Virus record (IMG/VR): IMGVR_UViG_3300028146_000009
Location: 25,850-89,849 of that record
Length of the DNA stretch: 64,000 nt
Source: a virus
Taxonomy: Duplodnaviria > Heunggongvirae > Uroviricota > Caudoviricetes
Strand: one strand, 5' to 3'
Part shown: positions 39,816 to 49,719 of the stretch, in pieces
How positions within the stretch are numbered: position 1 is the first letter of the stretch
Layout: every line of letters begins with the position of its first letter
Notes under the pieces: generated by a model
The model's database searches: none
What the model was told of the DNA's origin: nothing
What the model saw: only the letters and a program-made list of their open reading frames with translations
Program-made: the position numbers and the translations under genes

Positions 39816-40358
39816 TTAAACTTTGCGGACTATCTGAAATTTAATGAGGGATTTAAAGAAAGTAGCAATTCTTTCAAATAATGGTATTTTTTCTAGTTTT
39901 ACATCTAAAACATTAGAACTTTTAGAATTTTCAAACTGTTTAGCCCGAAGGTTAAATTTTTTTAGACCGGCATAAACCTGCTCAATTATTGCATTATTTA
40001 TGGCCATTTGGGTTTTAAGGTTTTCGGCTTCTTTCCAAGTTAAAGATCCATTAAAACGCTCAATTTTATTTTCTAAAACTATAATATCTTTATATAATTT
40101 AGAAATCTCAGCATCTTTTTCATCTAATAATTTACAAACTTTAATTCGTTCTGATTCTGGGAAAGATGTTGGAAAATTAATGGTATTATTCACTTTTAAA
40201 ACTCCGATTTCATTTTTCATTAAATTGGAATCCTGATCAATATAAGCTTTATCAAATGCCGGAAGTTCGTCTATTGGTTTTCCGGCCGGCACCAAATTAA
40301 AAGCATCCCAATCCGCATTAACAAAAGTTGTTCCAATATAATCTTCATTATTTGCCAT
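39816..40358 (-). CDS. hypothetical protein
   Basis: 180-aa ORF. Confidence 0.4.
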   Translation of the reverse strand: MANNEDYIGTTFVNADWDAFNLVPAGKPIDELPAFDKAYIDQDSNLMKNEIGVLKVNNTINFPTSFPESERIKVCKLLDEKDAEISKLYKDIIVLENKIERFNGSLTWKEAENLKTQMAINNAIIEQVYAGLKKFNLRAKQFENSKSSNVLDVKLEKIPLFERIATFFKSLIKFQIVRKV

Positions 40359-40363
40359 TTAAA

Positions 40364-41410
40364 TTACCAGGGTTTAAAGAATTGTTTATAAGTAACTTTC
40401 TTTTCTTCTTTTTTCTCAGGTTCCGCGACTTTTCCGGTGCTAGGGGCTTTTCCAGGAGCTTTCACTGCTGGATTTTGATTAGCTGCAGTTTTAACGCGTT
40501 TTACAGCGGTTTTACGAAGTCTATCAACAATTTCCTTGCCAAAGAATTCTTCCAAAGCATCTTCAGGAAGAGCAAGTGCATGTTCTCTATAATCATTTTT
40601 TAATTCTTCAGCAACAAATGGGATAATATCATTAATAGAAACTTCTTTATTAGCATTTACGGCTAATTGGGCATAATCAAGAATCTTTTTTACGGCAGCA
40701 GGGCTGCGGGGAATTTTATTAGAATTTAAAGCATTTGTAATCTGATCGTCAAATTCACGCTCATATTTATCAGCCATTGCCTGGCGTTCTTGCTCTTCGC
40801 GGGTTTTTGATTCATTTTCTTGTTTTTCACGTAATTGGCGTAATTCTTCTTTAGCAGCTTCTAAAGCTAATTGTTCGGGAGATTTCTGACTATTTTCAAT
40901 CTCAGTTTCAATATACTTCTTTATAGCATCTTTTACATCTACACCGAACGCTGGGTCAGATAGAACCTTAAAAGGATCTTCTTTAATTTGTTTTGCTAAC
41001 TTTTGAACATCTTTTTCTAATTCTGAGTAGGATTGAGCCCGTTTTTGACCCATTTTAGCCATTTGAAGCTCACGAGTTAAATATTCTTTAATTTTAGGGT
41101 CATCAGGCAATTCAAATGGAAGATTTTCAACATAATCCTGGCCATCGATTTTAAGTGTAAGAGATTTAAGGGTTTTTTTAGCTTCAACTTTAGCAGCTTT
41201 AGGGGCATTAGGATCATTTAAAACCGCCTGAGCAGCTGCAGCCTGTTTTGGAGCTGTTTGTGCAACAGGAGTCGGATTAGGAGCTTTGGGAGCGTTTTGC
41301 GCATGAATCTGAGCTGCGGTCGCCTGACCGGCTGCACTGGTACCTAATGTAGCTGTTGAAGGGGCTGAAGATGTTGGGGCTGAGGGAGTTGATGAATTTG
41401 AATCGGCCAT
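40364..41410 (-). CDS. scaffolding-like protein (Ala/Lys/Glu-rich helical)
   Basis: A/P/T-rich N-terminus then a long charged helical region. Start set at MADSNSS, the internal Met of ORF 40364..41488. Confidence 0.45.
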   Translation of the reverse strand: MADSNSSTPSAPTSSAPSTATLGTSAAGQATAAQIHAQNAPKAPNPTPVAQTAPKQAAAAQAVLNDPNAPKAAKVEAKKTLKSLTLKIDGQDYVENLPFELPDDPKIKEYLTRELQMAKMGQKRAQSYSELEKDVQKLAKQIKEDPFKVLSDPAFGVDVKDAIKKYIETEIENSQKSPEQLALEAAKEELRQLREKQENESKTREEQERQAMADKYEREFDDQITNALNSNKIPRSPAAVKKILDYAQLAVNANKEVSINDIIPFVAEELKNDYREHALALPEDALEEFFGKEIVDRLRKTAVKRVKTAANQNPAVKAPGKAPSTGKVAEPEKKEEKKVTYKQFFKPW

Positions 41411-41632
41411 AAAAAATAATCCTTTTAAAAAGTCCCAAAATGGGATATTATTTATAAAGTGATCGTTTCGGGAATCGAAATGGATCATAATAAGTTGTTA
41501 AAGGTTTAAAAATGAAAATATTAATTCAAATTTTAAAAGTTATTTTTAGTAAAACTGAATCTGATTTTCCAGAATTAGGTAAATTACCTAATAGCATTAA
41601 AAAATGATTCCCCATGACAACTAAAGAAAAAA

Positions 41633-41663
41633 GCGCCTAGATTAATAGGCGCGTGTTTTTTTA
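41633..41663. terminator. bidirectional rho-independent terminator
   Basis: GCGCCTA-gattaa-TAGGCGC hairpin flanked by A6 upstream and T7 downstream. It terminates 41661..42095 on the minus strand. Confidence 0.65.
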
Positions 41664-42095
41664 TTCTTCCCCAACAATTGCAGTCAAATAATCCATAATA
41701 CTAGGCCAAATATTTGTGGCAAAATCTGATGGAAGTGGGGCAGTGTCTGTGCTACTAGTCGCCATTGAAAAATCAGAGGCAGCATTTGTATCTTCATTAG
41801 CGGCGCGAGTTAATAAACTTGTAATATACTGAATATCACTTACAACGGTCTGAAGTGCGGCAGTCATTTCGGAAGCAAAATCTTCAGGTGGATCAGTAAA
41901 TGTATTAGTTTCTGGATCATAAGTTGAACCAATTTGAGGTTGTGGACTAAATGAATTATTAGTATAATCAATATAATAATCATATCCAGGTTCAAGACTT
42001 TCAGCAGATGCAAGATCATCATAAACTGCCATAATTTGAACAGTTTCCACATCATCTCCATTTACACCAATAATTGCAACATCAATAGTAGGCAT
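41661..42095 (-). CDS. acidic hypothetical protein
   Basis: 144 aa, D/E-rich. Confidence 0.4.
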   Translation of the reverse strand: MPTIDVAIIGVNGDDVETVQIMAVYDDLASAESLEPGYDYYIDYTNNSFSPQPQIGSTYDPETNTFTDPPEDFASEMTAALQTVVSDIQYITSLLTRAANEDTNAASDFSMATSSTDTAPLPSDFATNIWPSIMDYLTAIVGEE

Positions 42096-42104
42096 TTTTA
42101 TCTC

Positions 42105-42617
42105 CTATAAAATTTGTTTAATATTTAATTTTTTTAATAAATTATAAAGATCTTTTGGACTAATAGTTGCTGGATTTAAATTAAAATCTTCTGGATCGAT
42201 TTCATTTAAACATCTATAAACTATTTCAGAACAAAATGCACTTGATAATTTATCTCGAAGTAAGTTGTTAATATTTATTTTAAACTTACTTAAAATTTCA
42301 TCTATACCGAGCAGTAAAACTCCTAATAAACTGTAAGGAATTCCAACATTATCAACGTAATATTGTTTTAAAGAAATAAATTTTTGATCATCAATTTCCA
42401 ACTGAAATTCATAAATAGGTTGAGTAGTGGAAAGAAAAAGTGGTTCACCAATAAAACCTACACCGCGCCAATTTGATTGATAAATTATAGTTCTATCTAA
42501 TTCTTGGGAATAAAATTTTATATAGGTATGATCAAAAGGAGCATTGTCAATTTTTTCAATTAATTCACCATGCAATGAAAATTTCTTTGGATGAGAAAAT
42601 CCAATTACTAAATTCAT
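42105..42617 (-). CDS. hypothetical protein (start trimmed to ATGA-coupled internal Met)
   Basis: ORF 42105..42731 overlaps its upstream neighbour. The internal MNLVIGF start gives an ATGA junction. Confidence 0.4.
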   Translation of the reverse strand: MNLVIGFSHPKKFSLHGELIEKIDNAPFDHTYIKFYSQELDRTIIYQSNWRGVGFIGEPLFLSTTQPIYEFQLEIDDQKFISLKQYYVDNVGIPYSLLGVLLLGIDEILSKFKININNLLRDKLSSAFCSEIVYRCLNEIDPEDFNLNPATISPKDLYNLLKKLNIKQIL

Positions 42618-43108
42618 AAACTGGCTAAAAGAGATTGAGCCTGAGAAACTAAATTTGAAATAACTTGAGAAGTTAAAAAAGGCGCCATTTCTGGAGTTAA
42701 TTGAATATTTTGTAAAGCAGTTATTGCGCAATAAAGAGAACCAGTTTGGCCATAACCTAATACATTTGTTAAGGTGTCCGCAATTAATTGGGTTTTTCCG
42801 GCCTGAGTAATTCCCATTAAAACATTTTGCGCCGCATATTGGACCATTATAGTATTAAATCCTAAAATCGCTTTTTGAATTTTTAATTGTACTTGAATTT
42901 GTGGATCAACGGGAGGACTAGCAGGTGCTGCAAAAACTCCACCTGATAAAATAAATCCAGGATTAACTAATTGATTTGGATAATTTGATTGGGGAACAAT
43001 TTGATCATATTTACCAGTATTTAATAACATTGTTACAAAATCAGAATCTGCAAATATAATAGTTTGAACTACACCATTTAATAAACAAATTTGATTACTT
43101 GCGCCCAT
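42614..43108 (-). CDS. hypothetical protein
   Basis: 164 aa. Confidence 0.4.
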   Translation of the reverse strand: MGASNQICLLNGVVQTIIFADSDFVTMLLNTGKYDQIVPQSNYPNQLVNPGFILSGGVFAAPASPPVDPQIQVQLKIQKAILGFNTIMVQYAAQNVLMGITQAGKTQLIADTLTNVLGYGQTGSLYCAITALQNIQLTPEMAPFLTSQVISNLVSQAQSLLASL

Positions 43109-43427
43109 AACTCATTCCTAACAATTGTTTAATATAAAATTTAATTTTCTGAAATAAATTCATTTCTATAATTAGTGCATTATGTATTAATTGCTTAGTT
43201 TCTTTTTTAAAATCTAAATGTTTAAAATCAACAAAATGTCCAATTTGGGGATCATATTCTTTTTTAAGATTTTCAGCATATCCAAGGTTTTTAAAATGTT
43301 GAATATCTTTTTTTAAAACTAATATACGATTTTTAACTTTACCTTCAAGATCAACTTCCAGCATAACAATAGAATTTTTAATAGCTTCTAATTCCGCATG
43401 AACTAATTCTTTTATATCTACATTCAT
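43095..43427 (-). CDS. hypothetical protein
   Basis: 110 aa. Confidence 0.35.
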   Translation of the reverse strand: MNVDIKELVHAELEAIKNSIVMLEVDLEGKVKNRILVLKKDIQHFKNLGYAENLKKEYDPQIGHFVDFKHLDFKKETKQLIHNALIIEMNLFQKIKFYIKQLLGMSYGRK

Positions 43428-44405
43428 TTATTCATTCCATTCTAATATTATACAACCATTTGATCCATTACCACCAGCCCCTGAAGCTCCACCAATTCCG
43501 CCTGTAGTTCCGGCCCCACCACCTCCGCCTCCACCACCTCCGCCACCTCCACGGCCACCTAAACCATTTATACCAGCAGTTCCTGCGCCGCCAACTTGAC
43601 CAGTACCACCACTATTACCATTTCCGCCATTTCCACCATTACCACCTAATCCACTACCTATTGGATTTCCTGAACCATAAAAATTAATTTCATCACCAAG
43701 CCCGCCATCGCTTCCACCAGACCCTCCTGCTCCGGCACCGGCTGTTCCACCAGCTGTTCCGCCAGTTCCACCAGTTGCAGCTCCTGGGGTTGTTGTATTA
43801 AAAAATGAACTTGAATTAAATTGACCATTATTACCGGAATTACCATTAGTACTTGTTCCACCGCCCGCTGCACCAACCGTGTCAGTTAAACCGGCCTGGG
43901 ACACTTGTCCATAGGAAGCTCCGGCAGTTCCAACACCAACTCCACCAGTACCACCCGCTGCAGCTCCGCCACCTCGACCTTCACCACCGCCAGCAGCCAC
44001 TGCTCCTGCTGCGCCATTTGCAGTTGTATCATTTTGAAAATTAACGATGGTGTCAAAAGCCGTTATACCGCCAGCTCCGCCATTATTACCGGCAATGCCA
44101 TTAGCGCCGGGATTACCACCATTAGAACTACCTCCGCCAGTTCCACCAACTCCAACTGTTATTGTATATATTGTATTAGGTGTGACTGCAGCTTGTGCAT
44201 ATTGAAAACATGATCCACCGCCTGAACCACCACCATTACCACTTCCACCTCCGCCGCCTGATGCTCCAGTTCTTCCTCCGCCACCGCCACCTCCAGATGC
44301 TCCACCACCAGCTCCAGGTCTTCCATAAACTTTTACTCTTGTAACCCCAGCGGGGCATGTCCAAGTTGTGGAAGAATTAAAAATTTTTGTAATAGTTTTA
44401 GACAT
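43428..44405 (-). CDS. glycine-rich structural protein (paralog A)
   Basis: TKIFNSSTTWTCPAGVTRVKVYGRPGAGGG, then long (GGx)n tracts, ending GSNGCIILEWNE. Confidence 0.5.
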   Translation of the reverse strand: MSKTITKIFNSSTTWTCPAGVTRVKVYGRPGAGGGASGGGGGGGRTGASGGGGGSGNGGGSGGGSCFQYAQAAVTPNTIYTITVGVGGTGGGSSNGGNPGANGIAGNNGGAGGITAFDTIVNFQNDTTANGAAGAVAAGGGEGRGGGAAAGGTGGVGVGTAGASYGQVSQAGLTDTVGAAGGGTSTNGNSGNNGQFNSSSFFNTTTPGAATGGTGGTAGGTAGAGAGGSGGSDGGLGDEINFYGSGNPIGSGLGGNGGNGGNGNSGGTGQVGGAGTAGINGLGGRGGGGGGGGGGGGAGTTGGIGGASGAGGNGSNGCIILEWNE

Positions 44406-44408
44406 TAA

Positions 44409-45392
44409 TTACTCAACCCACTCAACTATTATCATTCCATTACTACCATTTCCACCATTTCCACCAGCTCCACCATTACCTCCAGTAGTAGAACCTCCGC
44501 CTCCGCCACCTCCGCCGCCACCTCCGCCACCACCTCGACCATTTAATCCATTAACTCCAGAAGATGCAGAAACTCCATTAGCTCCAGCACCTGCACTATT
44601 ACCATTTCCACCTTTTCCTGCAGCTCCGCCTTGGCCCCCAGAAGGCGCACCTTGGCCATAAATTGAATATTCATCAGAAGTACCACCAGCACCTCCGCCA
44701 GAGCCCGAACCACCACCACCTTGCGTGCCGCCAGATCCTGTACCACCGGTACCGCCCGCAGTTCCACCAGCGGTAGTGACATTGTATAATAATGAGATTG
44801 AGCTTACACCTGCTGCACCAGTTCCACCGGTTGCCGTTGCATTTCCCGCACCAGCAGCGCCGCTATTACCTGGATTAATTGCAGTTAATCCATAGGAAGT
44901 TCCAACTGTTCCAGTACTACCTGCAGTTCCGCCAGTTCCAGATGCTCCAGCTCCACCACCACCTGGAGTTCCAGATGCACCACTACCACCTATGCCTGAT
45001 TTACCAAATGAAACAACTGCTCCAAAACTTGATACTGCTCCATTTCCACCATTACTAGCAGAAGTTCCGGCAGTTCCAGCACCTGATGCTCCAGTTCCAC
45101 CAGAACCCGCACCACCCCCTGAACCACCACCGCCAATTGTTATTGTTATAGAGGAATTTGGAGTCACATTTAAATATGCAGTTTGAAAACCACAGGAACC
45201 ACCACCTGGTCCACCACGTCCCCCACCACCTCCACCGCCAGTAGCTCCACCAAATCCAGAACCACCACCACCGCCACCAGCGCCTCCGCCAGAACCTGGG
45301 CGACCATAAACCTTTACTTGAGTAATACCAGAAGGAACTACAAATGTTCCAGAAGCTGCAAATATTTTTGTAACAATTCTTGATTGACTCAT
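44409..45392 (-). CDS. glycine-rich structural protein (paralog B)
   Basis: VTKIFAASGTFVVPSGITQVKVYGRPGSGGG ... GSNGMIIVEWVE. Same architecture as paralog A. Confidence 0.5.
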   Translation of the reverse strand: MSQSRIVTKIFAASGTFVVPSGITQVKVYGRPGSGGGAGGGGGGSGFGGATGGGGGGGRGGPGGGSCGFQTAYLNVTPNSSITITIGGGGSGGGAGSGGTGASGAGTAGTSASNGGNGAVSSFGAVVSFGKSGIGGSGASGTPGGGGAGASGTGGTAGSTGTVGTSYGLTAINPGNSGAAGAGNATATGGTGAAGVSSISLLYNVTTAGGTAGGTGGTGSGGTQGGGGSGSGGGAGGTSDEYSIYGQGAPSGGQGGAAGKGGNGNSAGAGANGVSASSGVNGLNGRGGGGGGGGGGGGGGSTTGGNGGAGGNGGNGSNGMIIVEWVE

Positions 45393-46042
45393 TATTTTAA
45401 ATCCTGGTTTGGATATACATATGAAATTTTTCTAGTTTTAATATCCATAACCCTTACTCGTCCTTTATTTGGGGCTGTTTTTCCTTTTTGAAATCCAATT
45501 TTTAATAATCTTTCTTTTTCTTTAGTAGAAGCTGGAATTCCTTTTTTAGGACTAGGTTTATTTCTTTTTTTCCCTTTATTATAAGTGTTACCTTTTAATG
45601 AATTAGAAATTTTTTGCCTAGTTTCTAAACTAACTTCATGCCCTATCAAAGATTTGCTTATTTTTTGTTTATGCTCATGATTTAATGGTTTATTTTTTAA
45701 TTTTTCAGATCTTTTATTTAAAGTCTCTATAGAAGGTAAATAACCACCATGATCTCTATTATATCCATTGGGATTTAAACAATTAAATGTCTTTATATAA
45801 TAAATTTCTTTTTCAATTAATTCTTGTTTGGTTAATACTGTTTCTAAAATTTCAAAGGTAAAATTTTCAATACCGTATTGAATCATCTTTTGAACAATAA
45901 GATGATGCGTACCTTTTTTATTTTTAACCATTGACTTATATGTTGAAAATCTAGCTTTAAATCCGACTGTTGTAATACCGATATAAATTTTTCCATTAAT
46001 TTTACAAGTAATCCTATAAACCTGCATCATGCCATCCACCAT
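45392..46042 (-). mobile_element. GIY-YIG homing endonuclease gene with NUMOD3-like DNA-binding repeats
   Basis: VYRITCKINGKIYIGITT, YGIENF, LNPNGYN. C-terminal HKQKISKSLIGH and TRQKISNSLKGN repeats. Overlaps the fibre 3' end by 16 nt. Confidence 0.7.
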
Positions 46043-49000
46043 CCACCGATGGAATCTGAAATTAAGGTCCAGGAGCCAAAATTAGTTTGTAAAAGTTTAT
46101 TTACATTTAAACCTTCAATAGTATCAGTTCCAGATGGGACAAGTGTAATATTATTAGTATTTGCATCTCCTGAAATATCTTTAAAAATATAAGCACGATC
46201 TGAAATTGTACTAATTGCTGGTAAATTTATAGTAATTGCAACTGAAGCCGTAGTTATAAAATAAATTGAAAATGCATCCGTTGATAAAATTGTATATGGA
46301 CTAGAGGTAATAGAAAATCCAGCATATGACATTCTAGTATCCATATTAAGTTTACCAGAAACATCTCTTAATGTATAGTCTCTATTACCAGTATTAGCCG
46401 TTCCATCAAAAGTTCTAGTAAAACCATTGGCCCCCATCCAAGAAAATCTATTTGTTGAATCTGCATATTGTGAATATCCAGTAGCGGGGATAGAAGGGGC
46501 AGCAGATTGTGTATTGTATTGAATAAATCCAGCACCGCCAGTTCCATTGATCGTTAAACTTGTGCTAGTTAAAGTTCCAGAAAAAGTTTTATTTCCCGCA
46601 AAAGTTTGAGTTGTAGTTGAAACTACTCCGGGATGAGTTCCATCAGCGGGTTGTAGGTTTAAAACTTGACCTGAAAGACTAGCCGCATTTGCATTTGGAC
46701 TTGAACCAACAGCAATTAATGTTATGTCACCAGTATTTGTACCAGTAACTGTTCCATTAATTGAAGATGTTCCACCAATAGTTAAATTAAATGCATTATT
46801 AACACCAGTGCCACCATTAGTAGATGGTAAAATCCCAGAAACTTGAGTAGTTAAAGAAATAGTTCCAGAAAGTTGAGAAGTTGGTAAAACTAATGAAGGA
46901 AGTGAGGTTAAAGTACTATTAGAAGTTGCTGTAATATTTGCAGCATTTCCTGAGATATTTCCAGTGACCTGAGCGCCAGGAAGTGAAAGTGCGGAAAGTG
47001 TAACTAAAGTTGAATTAGAAGTTGCTATTATATTCCCAGCATTTCCACTAATATTTCCTGTAACTTGTGCTCCAGGTAAACTCAAAGCGGAAAGAGTTGT
47101 AAGTGTGGAGTTTGAAGTAGCAGTTATATTTGCAGCGGTGCCGGTGGTATTTTGATTTAAAGTTGGCACATCCCCAGGAACTATTGAACGAAATGTGGGA
47201 GAATTTGCCCCACCTGAAGTGGGTCCAGTAAAAAATGTATTAGCTGTTTGGTTAGTAAAGGTTCCAGTTAAAGTTCCGGTTGAAGTTACAGGTGATCCAC
47301 TTACTGAAAAAACTGTTCCTGGTAAAGAAAGAGCAACTGAGGTTACCGTACCAACCGCTTCAACTGCTGGTAATGCAAATCCAATTCTAGGTCTATTATC
47401 AACAATTTGTCCATTAGGAATTATACTAGTACTTCCCTGTTGAACTATAATTGAAGCAATAAGAACAACACCATCAGTAAAATATGAAGGAGGTGTTGGA
47501 ATATTTCCTGTTTGAGCAGCAACTAAGGTTGAATAAGTTGCTTGAGAATAAACAAATAAATATTTTTGATTAGATCCTTGGCCAATAATATATAATGTAT
47601 GACGAGCAAAGTTTGAAGTTGGTATGTTTGCTAAAGTTCCAGAACTATTATCATAATGATTAACATCTACTACATTACTTGAACCAATTGTCCAACCACC
47701 AGATCCATTTTGAAAAAATGTTTGAAATGTTATATTGGTTCCAGCTGACGGTAAAAAGTTATTATTACCAAAATAATATGATCCAGAAGTTACATCTAAA
47801 TGTTTTACTGTTGCATTTTCAGAAACAATACAACCAAATGCAAAAACAGGACCTAATGCTTCTCTAATAAAATTATCATTTAAATTACCATAATTAGACG
47901 CATCTAATGGAGAATCATCAATAAATTCAATACCTGTTGAATTTGTTACAACTCTTCCTAATAAAATATTATTTTCAGTATTTGGAAAATTAGAATTGGC
48001 AGTAAGTGTGCCTCCTGATGTAAAGTAAATATAATTAGATGTTGATGCAGTTAATGTTATGCTTGTAGCTGACCATGTAAAAAACTTTGCTGGAATGCCA
48101 ATTGAAAAATATCCAGTTCCGGATGCAACATCTACAACAAATCCTCCGCCATTTGACAGATCACCACCACTATATAATCCCATAGTGGGACCTTGTAGAA
48201 TTAAATCCGTAACATCTGTTCTACTATTAAAATCTGGACCAAAGGCTAAATCTCCAGTAAATGTAATTCCATCAGTTGGATCAGTAAAAAAAACTGAAAC
48301 TAAACTACTATTTATTATAGAATTAGCAGCTTCGAAACTACCTTCTATACTACCAGTTGCTGTTGTTTGTTGAATAACTATATCATTATTATTTGAATCA
48401 GTATGAACACCAGTTATTGCAATATTAGATGCAATACCTGAATTTTCAACCCAAATACATTTATCCATATTGATAAAATTACTACCAACAACTGTGACAT
48501 CTGCCCCATTAAATAAATGTAAGGCATTACCTGCTGGAGATGCAAAAGGTCCTATAAAAAAAGAATCGCTCAATAAAACTTTTGAACCATCTCCATTACA
48601 TTCAATAAAATCTTCAGGATTAGAACTTGAATGACCTGTATTTAAAAATAAACCAGATAAAACTAATCTACTTCTAACTCCACCAGAAGCATCAACTTTA
48701 AATCCATCAGTAAAAATAACATCTGGAATGGTAACGCAATTTTGTACTTGAACAATTGTTTCATGACTAGAATTACCATTAGCATATAGTAAAGTTGTAT
48801 TATTACCAAAAACACAATCTTTTACTAAAAATTCTGAAGAATCAGAACTAGAGGTATACTGAATTCCTATTCCAGATAAACCGGTTGCTCCAAAGATTGT
48901 TAATCTAGCAACTGTAGAAAAATCAGCACCTATAATAAATGCTTGATTATTATTAGAAGGAACTAATATTGTTGCTTGTTGTGTGTAGCCAGTTAAAGAA

Positions 49001-49713
49001 ACATAAGGTTTTAGTGTAATTTGAGATTCAGTATAAACTCCAGGACCTATTAAAATTTCAAATGGATTTGTTGGACTATTTGTAGTAATAGATGCCAATG
49101 CTGCATTTACTGAAGAAAATTCTCCAGCACCTGGATTTTGTTTGACTTTTACTAGATTTGTGGTTGAAAGTCTGGCATCATTTCCTTCAGTAATAGTATT
49201 TGCGGTTGATCCATAAACAGGCGATAAAGAATATCCAGTATTTTGTAAACCATTAATTGCTGGAAAATTATCAACATATTGTTTAGTTGCCGTTTGTAAA
49301 TTTATAGTGGGATTTGCACCAAGGGTTATTTGTTGGGTTGAAAAATCACCCGAACCATCGCGTTTAACTATTGTATTAGGAGTATTTGAAGAAGTTGCTG
49401 CATTGGCAGCAGTTGCGCCAGATGCAACATTTGCAGCACTAACACCACCAACAAAATTAACAGTTGCTGGTACTGAACCCGGACCCGAGGCACTAACATC
49501 ACCAATTAAACCAGTAATAGCATTTGAAGCAGAAGCGGGAGTTGCTACTTCAATCCAAGCAGTTCCATTCCAAACATAAATGGCATCAGTATCTAAGGTT
49601 ACACGGGTATCACCATTTGAATTTCCATTTAAGGGTAATGACCCGGCATTTGCAACAGGATCTTTCCAACTAGGAGAACCACTATCGGGAATATTTATAA
49701 AAGTACTAGCCAT
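46027..49713 (-). CDS. large tail fibre/spike protein (1228 aa)
   Basis: S/T/N/G-rich. Contains LQTATKQYVDNF, the module VTSVALSLPGTVFSVSGSPVTSTGTLTGTF, and three tandem NSTLTTLSALSLPGAQVTGNISGNA repeats. Confidence 0.65.
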   Translation of the reverse strand: MASTFINIPDSGSPSWKDPVANAGSLPLNGNSNGDTRVTLDTDAIYVWNGTAWIEVATPASASNAITGLIGDVSASGPGSVPATVNFVGGVSAANVASGATAANAATSSNTPNTIVKRDGSGDFSTQQITLGANPTINLQTATKQYVDNFPAINGLQNTGYSLSPVYGSTANTITEGNDARLSTTNLVKVKQNPGAGEFSSVNAALASITTNSPTNPFEILIGPGVYTESQITLKPYVSLTGYTQQATILVPSNNNQAFIIGADFSTVARLTIFGATGLSGIGIQYTSSSDSSEFLVKDCVFGNNTTLLYANGNSSHETIVQVQNCVTIPDVIFTDGFKVDASGGVRSRLVLSGLFLNTGHSSSNPEDFIECNGDGSKVLLSDSFFIGPFASPAGNALHLFNGADVTVVGSNFINMDKCIWVENSGIASNIAITGVHTDSNNNDIVIQQTTATGSIEGSFEAANSIINSSLVSVFFTDPTDGITFTGDLAFGPDFNSRTDVTDLILQGPTMGLYSGGDLSNGGGFVVDVASGTGYFSIGIPAKFFTWSATSITLTASTSNYIYFTSGGTLTANSNFPNTENNILLGRVVTNSTGIEFIDDSPLDASNYGNLNDNFIREALGPVFAFGCIVSENATVKHLDVTSGSYYFGNNNFLPSAGTNITFQTFFQNGSGGWTIGSSNVVDVNHYDNSSGTLANIPTSNFARHTLYIIGQGSNQKYLFVYSQATYSTLVAAQTGNIPTPPSYFTDGVVLIASIIVQQGSTSIIPNGQIVDNRPRIGFALPAVEAVGTVTSVALSLPGTVFSVSGSPVTSTGTLTGTFTNQTANTFFTGPTSGGANSPTFRSIVPGDVPTLNQNTTGTAANITATSNSTLTTLSALSLPGAQVTGNISGNAGNIIATSNSTLVTLSALSLPGAQVTGNISGNAANITATSNSTLTSLPSLVLPTSQLSGTISLTTQVSGILPSTNGGTGVNNAFNLTIGGTSSINGTVTGTNTGDITLIAVGSSPNANAASLSGQVLNLQPADGTHPGVVSTTTQTFAGNKTFSGTLTSTSLTINGTGGAGFIQYNTQSAAPSIPATGYSQYADSTNRFSWMGANGFTRTFDGTANTGNRDYTLRDVSGKLNMDTRMSYAGFSITSSPYTILSTDAFSIYFITTASVAITINLPAISTISDRAYIFKDISGDANTNNITLVPSGTDTIEGLNVNKLLQTNFGSWTLISDSIGGWWMA

Positions 49714-49719
49714 TTAAAA

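Noticed and set aside
40000-40603. Plus-strand ORFs 40000..40236 and 40328..40603.
   Set aside because: They are antisense to minus-strand genes 39816..40358 and the scaffold-like gene. They are F/S/L-rich artefacts.
43658-45383. Plus-strand ORFs 43658..43876(-), 43853..44044, 43905..44213, 44368..44661, 44543..44782(-), 44992..45186 and 45183..45383, which overlap the glycine-rich genes.
   Set aside because: The GGN-rich coding strand leaves the antisense and alternate frames stop-free. The products are P/S/T homopolymer-like. They are entirely contained within better-supported genes.
47195-49579. Plus-strand ORFs 47195..47443, 47679..47867, 48059..48373 and 49307..49579 inside the 1228-aa fibre gene.
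   Set aside because: They are antisense to a continuous 3.7-kb ORF with fibre-like composition.
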